64,000 nucleotides of DNA from Macrostomum lignano. Lineage: Eukaryota. The stretch is taken from positions 1-64,000 of the forward strand of contig NIVC01002808.1 of the NCBI GenBank assembly GCA_002269645.1. The letters are read 5' to 3'. The notes beneath the pieces are model-generated. The model searched no databases, had not been told where the DNA came from, and saw only the letters and a program-made list of their open reading frames with translations. The position numbers were made by a program, and so were the translations under genes. This document shows positions 26,651 through 40,019 of the stretch, in pieces; the stretch's first letter is position 1; every line of letters begins with the position of its first letter.

Positions 26651-29600
26651 TTTCAGAGAAGTATTTCAACCATGGATAGCCTGCTCGCCTGCTTTTCAGG
26701 TGTGCTGGCATACGGTGCAGCACGCAATTCTAGGCGGACCAGTGCATCTGCTTCTGCTATCCACAGGCCTATTCGAGACTATGCATTCGCGAATTAAAAC
26801 TCGATTGCACGGTACGCGGCATATATTGACGTCGAGTTGGTGCGCGCCATCGAGCTTGACGTCGCATCAGCACAGGTTTGCCAGTCACTAGAGCTGTATT
26901 GGACTAAAAAGTTTCTCGATTTTAAAAAGAACACTCATGTACTTTGCCTGGCTAAACAGGGAACCGTGGAACTCACTTTAATCTATTTTAATCTTTCAAT
27001 TTAGAATCGCGGCCAACTCCAAGATGCCGGCCAGACTACGAAGGACCCGCGAGACAAAAACGAGGTAGTCGTCGTGCCCTCCCGGTTAGGACCGATTGTG
27101 CTTCGACGACCTAGGACGATGACGACTGGGTGGAGAAGCGCGTCGCTGCCATCAGCCGTCTATGTTGAGGCGTGGCATCCCATCGCAGGACGACGTCTGA
27201 ACTCTGAAGACTTCATCCAGCTTCGTTTCTGTACAGGCGGATACTGAACCGATGGACTTCGTCTTCGGCCGCACACATAGTCTGGAATATGGTGGCAGCG
27301 ACGTTGTTCGCGTACTTCTAGAAGTACTCCCGGTGGAGCCTAGCGTAGATCCCCTGCAGGAATTGGCCAACGTTAGGTCGGACTTTGGGGAACGTGGATG
27401 CCGCAACGCAAGTTTTCGGCTTCTGCGGACGGACCCCTTTGCCGACCTGCAGGCATTTGGCCCCCCAGTGCCCTTCAACGTCAACACAATCGTTGGTGTT
27501 TGCGCCGTCAGTCCCACGGCCATCGCTCTGCTGCCTCACTTGCAGTTAGGCTTCTCATGATTCAGAATAATAACAGTCCAGACATAGATATCCCTCTAAT
27601 ATAGGTTACTTTTTCAGGTGGTAACAAAATCTCGGGCCAAAATCAGCGATGGTTCCAGGAAAGGATTCCATCTGAATACTATGATTCCTGTAATCCACTC
27701 TTCAGGCAGCTTCGCACTGTCTGTCCTTGTGTATGCTAATTTTGTAAGCGTTCGCTCGAGACTCCGCTTTTTTGCAGACTATTTCGTTTGCCTACATCAT
27801 GTGCATACTGACGATTGATTGATTTTTGATTGCTTGAAAATATTGTATCCTTCGTTTCATTTTGTGCTTTCCTTTGCCAAAAAACCAAAAGTATAACCAA
27901 AAAAATTTGCTGCTACCACAGTTATTTAAATAACTATAGGAACCCATATTAGGGATCCTTTAGTCTGGGAATAGTCTGGTAAGTTAGAGATTAGTCGGGC
28001 AGATTAGGCCCGTACATGGGAACTCGGAATCCGTAGTATACATATCGCACTTTGCACTTGCGCTGCAAATCCTTTGATCTTGCAGTCCCGACATATGGAT
28101 CACTCGTCCAGTGACTCGGGAATTAACTGGAGCAAATTATTCGACGCCTGTGCCACCCCCAGCGACTGGGAGCCGACAGACAGCGACAGCGAAGGCTCCG
28201 AAACAGACGTTGAGGATCTGCGCGCGGAGCTGTCAGCTAAACGACCCCGAAACGTTTATTCACTCGCGGATTACAACCGCTTACCGCCTGAGCCTCCCGC
28301 CCAATACGGCATCAGAAGCGGGAGAAGCACATGCGTCTGCCAGCCCAAACCTGCCCCGACTGTGAGGATTGGTTTGCGTAGCTTTTGCCAAAGTCACGCG
28401 CTACTCGCCTACAATACCATGGACGTCATCGGCACCGCTGCATAATCCAGGCGAACTTTTTTTTGATATCGACACGCCCCCCTCGCCACTACCTGCCCCC
28501 TTCGAGCTAATGAAGGTTGGCAAGAGGCGACGTCGACCACTTTTGTGACCTGCAGGCCAGGTCGCACAGCCCCACTAAAATCAAGGCGCCGATGAATGAC
28601 TTAGTAAATCCATCGGCGTCACCATTGGGCAGGTCGTGGTCGTGGGGCAGGAAATATGCGTGCTTCAGGCAATGCTGATGTAGAGCAGCCTCGGTAACAC
28701 CGCTGCTGGAAAGGTAAGCTTAGTTGGCCTGCAAGCGCTACAATGCAAAAAAACACCACAAACGCGCCGTTCCACGCTTATGCCCCCCACTTTTCCCACT
28801 CCCCATAGGTTAAAGCCATCCACTTTAATGTGGGCTGCATGGTAAGCAAGGACAACATTATTGTGGAGCTGGAGCCGGCAGCCTAATGATGCAGCCTGTC
28901 CCTGGCCGTACTACTAACAAACGTAATGCAGTTCACTCATTTAATTGAGAGGATTGATACCCCAGCACTATTTACTTGTTGTTGCACATAATAAAAATCT
29001 CACATTATCTGCACCGTCTATTGTATGCGCTGAGGTTCGCTAAGGCAGAACAGTTGTACCAGCCAACCCTGCAAAAAAAGAACGTTATCGACGCATTCCT
29101 AAAGAATGCTAATGCCATCCTTACCGAATGCCAAAAAGGGAAAGTCTTCCACTGCTGTAAGGAAATGGCCCTTAAGCGCCTCAGCTTATATGCACCAAAG
29201 CAGAAGGCAAAGACTCCTACTCTAGGCTGGGAGAAAATGCAGAGCATCTCCAAGAGCCAGCGTCCTTGCAACGCCAAAGCCCCGTCGCCCATCGTAATTG
29301 CCAACGATGCAGTTTCAGGCGTAGCTGCACTTATACGCATTGTACACACCAGCAACGCTGGCGCTGGATCCTTGGATGTCCACCACCAAAATTTGGACAG
29401 CGACTCCTTACACATTATTAATGAGATAGTATGTCTCATTAAATATTTTGCACTATATTCAGCAGCATTTTTTCTTTACTTGGAAAACTAAACTCTTTTA
29501 TTTGAGAGAGCATCCAAGCAGCTAAATGTTAATTAAGCATATATACTATTGTCCAACTCGTCTATATATCTATTTCATGGATACATACATATTGTTTGCT

Positions 29601-32600
29601 ATTGAATAGGCCATAATTGTATCCATTTCCTAGACCATTTATGTCCTAAATGCCAAGGTCCACTTCCTTATCCATTTTAATGTTTATTCTCTAGTCCATT
29701 TTTATCCATGGCAATTATGTCCATTTTTGTCCATTCTAGTGATTGCTTCATTGTTCATACAACTTGAACAAAAAAGTAGTTTGCAAAAAAGTTTTTTGCA
29801 GATAGGAAATAGACTAACATGGAGGACAATCTCAAAATATGTCTATAAACATTACTTTTCCTCCATTTTACCACTATAAAAATAGGCCTAAATGGACACA
29901 TTCTGGACAGAAAAGTAGACTTCTAATCTCCTATTCTCCAAAAATGCTCTAAAAAACAGAATTATTTTTACCCACATAGGTCTTATTTGAGACTTTGGTA
30001 TTTGTAATTATTTTTTATTTATAAACTAAATAAACCCAAGATAAAATTAATTTTTATAAGAGATAATTTGACTAAATTTATAAATAGCAAGAAATTATTA
30101 TCTTTTTAAATGTTTAATTCCTATATAGCTTTTATTTGTTTTATTTATAGAGCTATTAATATTGTATTTTAATTTATATAACTATAAATAAAATTAGGAA
30201 TGCCATGGTGATATAAATACTAATAGGCCATACCTTAGTCCTAAAGAATATGATAGTAATAGAAATAAAACTGATAGAAGAATGATAGGGTAAAAGCTCA
30301 TTTATTTATAGAGTTGAATATTTCAACACAAAATTGATTTGCAGGCTACTTTTATATTGTTAGATAATAAGAGTTGAGTGCTGTAGGCCAGACTTAAAGA
30401 TGTCATAGACTAGATCTAGCCTATAGGCAAGAGTTTGCTAACCCCTAATATATAATCATAAATTTTGTTTATAACTATGACCATACATTAAGTCTAGTCA
30501 AAGTTTTTAATAAATACATTAAAAATATTTTTTATTTTACCAATAGCTACTAAGCCTGAAGTTATTATGTTTATACATAGAAAGCATGCCTAATAGTAAT
30601 AGGTATATGCATATGGCTAATATAACTTAGCTACAAGTGGTTTAAGCATCTAGATATAGCAAGGAGACATTGCTGCTTAATCTGCTAACCCCTGGTGACA
30701 AAAGGCTATTTCATAAAAATACTACTTATTAGCTAGGTCTACTATATAAAGTATTGCAATATAAAGAAATCTACATAGATTACTGATTAGTTTGTTAAAT
30801 AACAAAAGAATATACACATACACTATAACACAATTCAAAACTATTAAGTCAGATCTTTGGTCTACTTCCAATTTAACCAAATTGATTTTTTCTGGAACTA
30901 TATATCGCAATAAACAACAACTAATTCACAGAGTTGGCCAGCCAGTGACTAGTATGATTAGGCGATTAGCTAACAACAAATAAGTAAATTAGTTAATACA
31001 ATATGAAGCTCCTGCTCCATCCTTACTAAAAACATCGTCGTTGTGACACAAAGTTTCATTTAGAGTTAGCTTGGGTAATTTTTCAGCTCCAAGCTTCTAA
31101 CTAAACTTGATCAGCTAATTTTACACACTAGAGCAAGCATAACAACGGTCACACACGTGGTAAAAATGATCAACCAAATTTTAAAGTGGGTTTTTTTTCT
31201 TACCAATGGCTGTTTGCAAGCTGAAATATTAAAGTAAAATGTTTAAGCGGAATAAAAAGAGTGTGATTTTTTATTTTTTTTATTTTTAACCATCTTAAAC
31301 CCAATATTCTACACGCCTTTTGTTAAAGCATTATGAAGTAATTTTAATCAAGAAACAAGAATCAAAATTCAAACTCGTTAATTACCACGTCTGAAAAAAA
31401 GTGGACTATCCTAATAGACAAAAGCTGCAACTGACTGAAGTTAGATTAAAATTCTGTGTGGCACGTTTTAAAACAGTTCGTTACTTTCACTGCTATTTAG
31501 CAAGGCAAGATTTATCATGACAATTAATTTTGTACTCTGTATTGCAATAGTATACATGTACATCAGCCTTGCGTATTGCGGTTGGTGTGAGCCACACTTT
31601 GACTTTAAATAGCTATAGAAGTCGATATCGCCAACTTGGCTGAGAGTCGTGTATACCCATAATCAGTTTGCGCTTTAACATTTGCGTCGCAAGCACAAGC
31701 TAGGAAGCCCCCTATATGTAAGCTGGGCCGCTAGATCGAATTAGTCAAAGTGAGAAAGTGAGATGCAAGCCTTAGTGGCCGCCACACTGCAAAGTAAATA
31801 CGGTCCCAAATTTTAAAAGCAAATTTTGCAAGACACGTCTCAGTCATCGGCTGCGGCAGCATCTGAAGTGCTACGATCAACCAAAATTCATCACCGCAAG
31901 ATCATCGTGCCAGCTGGACCGCCAAGTAAAATATTTCGAAGGTATGATGGCCGAGATGATCCATGGCCAATGGATTAGGGTTGCCAACAATCTGTCGACC
32001 AATTGCAGTGTACGAAGTGTTGGTCGCCACTAAGCAGCGACGCCGCAGCCGAGAGTGTAAAGACAAGGAAGCGGCGATATCGCAGCATCTGGTCTGTCAG
32101 GGCGACTTGGTTTGCCCTCATATTGGCCAAGACAGCAAAGAGAGTTAGTGGCCAGCTATATGGTCTGTCTGTTAATTAAGGAAAAAGACTCCCCCCCCCC
32201 GAGAACAGTTTGTTCTTCGGCAAGCTTCGCTTGGATTTCCAATTGGCGGTGATCTGGCAAAATGTCTTGTACCTCAGACTATATGCTGTATGCATTTAAA
32301 TAACTTTTCAAACCTTAAGCTACGAGCGTATAATAATCTTAGTGCTAAATGAAAATTTCTTTCCTTGTTGCTTGGCTGTCTTTTATGCAGAGTAAAGGGG
32401 TAGGGTTCTTTATTTTTTATCATACTGTTCAATTTCTAACTGTTCGAATGTGTACCATATTCGAATACGTTTACAGTTGAAAAATTATTACAAATACTGT
32501 AAAAATTAGGTTATACGTTAGGTTTGTTAAATTGTCTGCTATCTTATCCTTGACACTATCCTTGATCTGCACAGTGTCATTTGTCCACTTACAGGTCATA

Positions 32601-33044
32601 CTGCATGGTTCTCAATTTGTTGTTTAGGGTCATTTGTCCAGCTCGTGTCATTCCTTGATCTGCATAGTGTCATAGCAGCAGCCATGCATGCAAGGACTTT
32701 AGAACTGTATTGTAGATGTGGATCCTGTGTACGAGCTATCAATTCGTTAATAGTAAATATGTGTACTTTTCGATTCAAGCACATAAATCGAGTACACTTT
32801 GGAAGGCAAATTGTTTTTTACAGCTTTGATACATTCATGATACATGTATACTAGCATTCGCTAATGCATTTGCCATTTAAGAAGAGAAAAATGCGTAATA
32901 AACGTTAACACGTTTGTCAGATTTTGATTTAAATGGTTAAAATTTTAAGTAGCAATTAGTGCGTTACTACTTTTAGTACTATAGTATGCGGTAAATCTTC
33001 GTGAAAACTCGAAGCCTTATCCAGGGGTTCCGTGTGCAAAATTT

Positions 33045-36000
33045 CACATCTCCGAAAAGCAGCCTCCGTCACAACTCCGACACTTCATATTTCCGACACA
33101 ATTTATATCTCCGACACTTCATATCTCCGACATTTCATATCTCCACACTTCATATCTCCACACTTCATATCTCCACACTTCATATCTCCGACATTTCATA
33201 TCTCCGACACTTCATATCTCCGACATTTCATATCTCCGACATTTCATATCTCCGACACTTCATATCTCCGACACTTCATATCTCCACACTTCATATCTCC
33301 ACACTTCATATCTCCGACACTTATTTCCAACACTTCATATCTCCAACACTTCATATCTCCAACACTTCATATCTCCAACACTTCATATCTCCAACACTTC
33401 ATATCTCCGACATTTCATATCTCCGACACTTCATATCTCCGACATTTCATATCTCCGACATTTCATATCTCCGACACTTCATATCTCCGACATTTCATAT
33501 CTCCGACATTTCATATCTCCGACACTTCATATCTCCGACATTTCATATCTCCGACACTTCATATCTCCGACATTTCATATCTCCGACACTTCATATCTCC
33601 GACATTTCATATCTCCGACACTTCATATCTCCGACACTTCATATCTCCGACATTTCATATCTCCGACATTTCATATCTCCGACACTTCATATCTCCGACA
33701 TTTCATATCTCCGACATTTCATATCTCCGACACTTCATATCTCCGACACTTCATATCTCCGACATTTCATATCTCCGACACTTCATATCTCCGACATTTC
33801 ATATCTCCGACATTTCATATCTCCGACACTTCATATCTCCGACATTTCATATCTCCGACACTTCATATCTCCGACACTTCATATCTCCGACATTTCATAT
33901 CTCCGACACTTCATATCTCCGACACTTCATATCTCCACACTTCATATCTCCGACATTTCATATCTCCGACATTTCATATCTCCGACACTTCATATCTCCG
34001 ACATTTCATATCTCCGACACTTCATATCTCCGACATTTCATATCTCCGACACTTCATATCTCCGACATTTCATATCTCCGACACTTCATATCTCCGACAT
34101 TTCATATCTCCGACACTTCATATCTCCGACATTTCATATCTCCGACACTTCATATCTCCGACATTTCATATCTCCGACACTTCATATCTCCGACACTTCA
34201 TATCTCCACACTTCATATCTCCACACTTCATATCTCCGACACTTATTTCCAACACTTCATATCTCCAACACTTCACATCTCCAACACTTCATATCTCCAA
34301 CACTTCATATCTCCAACACTTCATATCTCCGACATTTCATATCTCCGACACTTCATATCTCCGACATTTCATATCTCCGACATTTCATATCTCCGACACT
34401 TCATATCTCCGACATTTCATATCTCCGACATTTCATATCTCCGACACTTCATATCTCCGACATTTCATATCTCCGACATTTCATATCTCCGACATTTCAT
34501 ATCTCCGACACTTCATATCTCCGCACTTCATATCTCCGACATTTCATATCTCCGACATTTCATATCTCCGACACTTCATATCTCCGAAACTTCATATCTC
34601 CGACATTTCATATCTCCGACACTTCATATCTCCGACATTTCATATCTCCGACACTTCATATCTCCGACATTTCATATCTCCGACATTTCATATCTCCGAC
34701 ACTTCATATCTCCGACATTTCATATCTCCGACACTTCATATCTCCGACATTTCATATCTCCGACACTTCATATCTCCGACATTTCATATCTCCGACACTT
34801 CATATCTCCGACACTTCATATCTCCGACATTTCATATCTCCGACATTTCATATCTCCGACACTTCATATCTCCGACATTTCATATCTCCGACACTTCATA
34901 TCTCCGACACTTCATATCTCCGACACTTCATATCTCCGACATTTCATATCTCCGACACTTCATATCTCCGACATTTCATATCTCCGACATTTCATATCTC
35001 CGACACTTCATATCTCCGACATTTCATATCTCCGACACTTCATATCTCCGACACTTCATATCTCCGACATTTCATATCTCCGACACTTCATATCTCCGAC
35101 ACTTCATATCTCCACACTTCATATCTCCGACATTTCATATCTCCGACATTTCATATCTCCGACACTTCATATCTCCGACATTTCATATCTCCGACACTTC
35201 ATATCTCCGACATTTCATATCTCCGACACTTCATATCTCCGACATTTCATATCTCCGACACTTCATATCTCCGACATTTCATATCTCCGACACTTCATAT
35301 CTCCGACATTTCATATCTCCGACACTTCATATCTCCGACATTTCATATCTCCGACACTTCATATCTCCGACACTTCATATCTCCACACTTCATATCTCCA
35401 CACTTCATATCTCCGACACTTATTTCCAACACTTCATATCTCCAACACTTCATATCTCCAACACTTCATATCTCCAACACTTCATATCTCCAACACTTCA
35501 TATCTCCGACATTTCATATCTCCGACACTTCATATCTCCGACATTTCATATCTCCGACATTTCATATCTCCGACACTTCATATCTCCGACATTTCATATC
35601 TCCGACATTTCATATCTCCGACACTTCATATCTCCGACATTTCATATCTCCGACATTTCATATCTCCGACATTTCATATCTCCGACACTTCATATCTCCG
35701 ACATTTCATATCTCCGACACTTCATATCTCCGACACTTCATATCTCCGACACTTCATATCTCCGCACTTCATATCTCCGACATTTCATATCTCCGACATT
35801 TCATATCTCCGACACTTCATATCTCCGAAACTTCATATTTCTCCGACACTTCATATCTCCGACATTTCATATCTCCGACACTTCATATCTCCGAAACTTC
35901 ATGTCTCCACACTTCATATCTCCGACACTTCATATCTCCGACATTTCATATCTCCGACATTTCATATCTCCGACACTTCATATCTCCGACACTTCATATC

Positions 36001-36235
36001 TCCGACACTTCATATCTCCGACACTTCATATCTCCGACACTTCATATCTCCGACACTTCATATCTCCGACACTTCATATCTCCGACACTTCATATCTCCG
36101 ACACTTCATATCTCCGACACTTCATATCTCCGACACTTCATATCTCCGACACTTCATATCTCCGACACTTCATATCTCCGACACTTCATATCTCCGACAC
36201 TTCATATCTCCGACACTTCATATCTCCGAAACTTC
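33045..36235. repeat. 16-bp satellite (C/T)TTCATATCTCCGACA, ~200 copies, 3.2 kb
   Basis: Directly visible; no stop codons on +, which produces the spurious 1090 and 1075 aa ORFs. Confidence 0.97.
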
Positions 36236-36339
36236 AATCCGCAACAAGTTCGCCATTAGAAAAAGTTAAGTAATAAATTCAGTAATATCTCCCCTGAACC
36301 CGGGAAGTCTGAGCTGTTGCTCAAATCGTACCTCCACAG

Positions 36340-36760
36340 CTATGCGGTATGCAACTTTCTGTCTGTGAGCACAGCTGCCCTCTGTGCAAGCGCTGTGATA
36401 AAATTCCCCTTTTTTCCCCAAAGAATTTTAGCGTCAAGTTTACTAAAGCAAGTGTGCTTTGCATTGCCTTGCGCTTGCTGTGCTCCTGTCAGCTCTACAA
36501 GGAGTTGAATACTTCCTGTCAGTCCTATTTTCAACTACCGTAGCTGCTGGTTCAACCCCTATTGTGGACTGATTCTAATAGTTTTCTTGCATTTCACGTT
36601 GTGTATTGATTCTTCAGCAGGTGTCCCTGTACAGTGACTGGCCCTGTTCTCTCTGTAGTGTAAGGACTGGATTTCCCTTTAAGCTTTTTTATGAGCAATT
36701 ATACACACGAGGTGCTGTGCAACTCACAGCTCTGCTACCTGGTGCCGCTCCTTTTGCCTT
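36340..36760 (-). mobile_element. Possible degenerate Gypsy LTR-retrotransposon pol fragment
   Basis: AKHTCFSKLDAK resembles the Gypsy RT motif AK.FSKLDA.SG.WQ, followed by FIT. The rest is not recognisable. Confidence 0.3.
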
Positions 36761-36929
36761 TACACTTTGAAAGCATTCTAAAATGGACTACTTTTTAAAG
36801 TTATTATAATGAGAATATTAAAATTAATATATTAATCATCTCTTTAACAGTATATTAAAGCGAATATTAAAAGGAAAATCTAACTCTTCTTCAAATTTGT
36901 CCTACGCTTTTCGACCTGTAAATTAAACC

Positions 36930-38420
36930 CTTCATCTGCCTCCCTCTCCCTTCCATCCGCCTCCCTCTCCCCCTCATCCGCCTCCCTCTCCCCTCCATCC
37001 GCCTCCCTCTCCCCCTCCATCCGCCTCCCTCTCCCCCTCCATCCGCCTCCCTCTCCCCCTCCATCCGCCTCCCTCTCCCCCATCCGCCTCCCTCTCCCTC
37101 TCCATCCGCCTCCCTCCCCCATCCGCCTCCCTCTCCCCCCATCCGCCTCCCTCTCCCCCCATCCGCCTCCCTCTCCCCTCCATCCGCCTCCCTCCCCCAT
37201 CCTCCTCCCTCTCCCCCATTCACCTCCCTCTCCCCTCCATCCGCCTCCCTCCCCCCATCCTCCTCCCTCTCCCCCCATCCGCCTCCCTCTCCCCCCATTC
37301 ACCTCCCTCTCCCCTCTCCGCTTTTGCCTCTCGCGTGAATGAAAAGTGAGAAAGGGAAGGTGAGCAGAGAAGCGAGGAAGCAAGACAGACAGAAGAGAGG
37401 GTACGTATGAGAGATGCAGGGGCTGAGGGGAATGCCATATAGCGCTGACATGCAGTAGTAAGATACAGATAGATATTAGCAATCCCAGTCCATCGGTCTG
37501 CCGACACGCACAAGACAGAGACCCGTGCCACCCTCTCCCCTCTCCCTTATCCCATCCCACCTCTCCTTCGCGTGCGGTTGTCGTGCCACTTTCACATCTG
37601 TTCCAACTTCCATCTGATTTCAAAATTAATAGGCGGGGGGCGGACCAGAGCAGACAGAAGGCCACACAGACTGCAGATCTGCTTGCTGCAAAGGCTGCTA
37701 TTAAACACTGTTGTGTTAGCCAAGGTTCAAAGTTGTGACAACCGCGTTGGGGGCGGAATGCAACTAATAATAATGAAGAAAATGGGGTTTGAAAATCTGA
37801 GATAAAACTCCTATAGCCCCGTCATCATCGCCAAGCCTCTGTCTAGTGTAGGGTATCGCCTTATAGCACAAAGACTGTGTATAGCTATTGCCCTAGCACA
37901 AAGACCTACAAACACAACAGATTGCAAGAATCTGTACAACTTAGTTGAATAAGGTGTCTCTTAGAATAATTTGGAAACTAACAAAATTAATCGCTTCATT
38001 AAATCCACAGTTCCAGTTATTGGCCTTTTGTTGTATTTTACTCGCACTTATGAGGGTGAGGCAGGGAGGCAGGTGGAAGGGAGAGGGAGGCAGAGGGAGG
38101 CAGAGGGAGGCAGAGGGAGGCAGAGGGAGGCAGAGGGAGGCAGAGGGAGGCAGAGGGAGGCAGAGGGAGGCAGAGGGAGGCAGAGGGAGGCAGAGGGAGG
38201 CAGAGGGAGGCAGAGGGAGGCAGAGGGAGGCAGAGGGAGGCAGAGGGAGGCAGGGGAGGCAGAGGGAGGCAGAGGGAGGCAGAGGGAGGCAGAGGGAGGC
38301 AGAGGGAGGGGAGAGGGAGGCAGGGGGAGGCAGAGGGAGGCAGAGGGAGGCAGAGGGAGGCAGAGGGAGGCAGAGGGAGGCAGAGGGAGGCAGAGGGAGG
38401 GAGAGGGAGGCAGAGGGAGG
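36930..38420. repeat. Purine/pyrimidine-asymmetric arrays: ~20-bp CCATCCGCCTCCCTCTCCCC (36930-37320) and 10-bp GCAGAGGGAG (38075-38420)
   Basis: Directly visible. Confidence 0.93.
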
Positions 38421-39129
38421 AGAGAAGAAGCCAGTTTGAGGGAAGAGGGCTGAGTGGAGAGGGGGGCAGGTGGAGACGAAAGGGAGGCAGATAGAAGGGA
38501 GAGGGAGGCAGATGAAGGGGAGATGTTTGCAAGATGAGGGTCACAGGCAGAAACTTTGTTCCAATTTAAAGAAAAAAACGTTAAAAATTTGAAGTGAACG
38601 GCTGGATGGAGAGAAAAAACTCGCGATAAAAAAGCAGACTTTGAAAAGCGAAAAGCTCAGACAGTGCAGGCCGCCCAGTGATTGCACAATTTGCCTTGGG
38701 GCTGCAATCTCGGTTGGTGTCTCCAGTCCTGCAGCCCCCCCCCCTGCCCCCGAGCGAGCAATTATATTTAGGGACGCCATTGTGCAAGCGATTAAGTTGA
38801 TCGCCTCAACACACCTTTCGCTTTCGCCCGATAATAACCAACGCGAATTGATTTGGTGCCGATTGTCCCCCCCAGCTGAGTGGAGTCTGGGCGGCCTCAT
38901 CAGCTGCGGCTTTAATTGCAAACGAAATGGAGGGCGAGAGAATTGTAAGACGTGAACGAGGCACAACTCTCTCTTCCTTCTTAATCCCCAATTATTGACA
39001 CCCAAAGTCACTTCTTTTTTATCCCCTAAATGGGGATCATTGTGCGATCTGCATATAGTCTTTGTAGGCTTGGAACAAAGACTAAGAAAACGAATTAAAT
39101 CGGCTTATCTTCGTGCTCTTGGAAACGCG

Positions 39130-39335
<206 letters not shown>

Positions 39336-40019
39336 GGTATGTGATCGATTTCAGAAGAATAATAGCTATAAGAATAGTACAGAAACTGCTGAAGAAATTA
39401 TATCTGCTCTACATTTTTTGTACTACAAAGCTTGCACAAAGAGCAAGTAAGGAATTCCCAGATGGGCGACCGATGGAGCTTCAGCTCGAGCAGCAAAATC
39501 CCTACTGAGTTAAGAAAGGAAAAGCGTGCAGTTTTAGCACCATCTCATGGTCGTCAAGGCAACAGACTCTAATCGCGGGTAAAGTCTCTAAGTGCTTCCT
39601 CCCCTGGGGGATTCCATCCTGCCCGGTAGGCGCCAATTCAAAGAGCAGTCTTCCTCGACCAAAAAAGTTAAACAAAAAATCTAACCCAGGTTCACAGCAA
39701 GTCTGAAGCACTCGGTTTGCTGCTCAATTGAACTACTCTGCAAAACATTCCTGGAAAAAAACTACTCAACATTATTAGCGGCCATGAAGTGGGGGGTAGC
39801 GCTGTGTTTTGTAACCAAGCTTGTGTCGGAGGTCTGTTTTTTAAACTATTTTTCAATCTTCACGTCCTTTTAAAGGGCGAAATCCCATGGGAATTCCTGC
39901 GGTCGTATAGGGCCGGGTGTCCCGTTAGCCACTTAGTATTGAAATTAGTCAATTAAAAATCATGTACACACAAATTGTTCACCAACTTTGCTGAGCTCCT
40001 ATACCGTTAAGAAGGCCGC

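Larger units (their letters stand above)
23875..29973 (+). mobile_element. Decayed EnSpm/CACTA(CMC)-like DNA transposon, ~6.1 kb
   Basis: Imperfect inverted repeat: GGTTAAAAATAATTCTGTCTTTTT at 23875-23898 versus the reverse complement of AAAAAACAGAATTATTTTTACCC at 29951-29973. Clusters of TGTCC/GGACA subterminal motifs at 23890-24250 and 29620-29920. Internal transposase relic (next feature). True termini and TSD not identified. Confidence 0.6.

Noticed and set aside
33001-36273. 1090 aa and 1075 aa ORFs
   Set aside because: Pure translation of a stop-free 16-bp satellite; all three + frames give the same rotating peptide.
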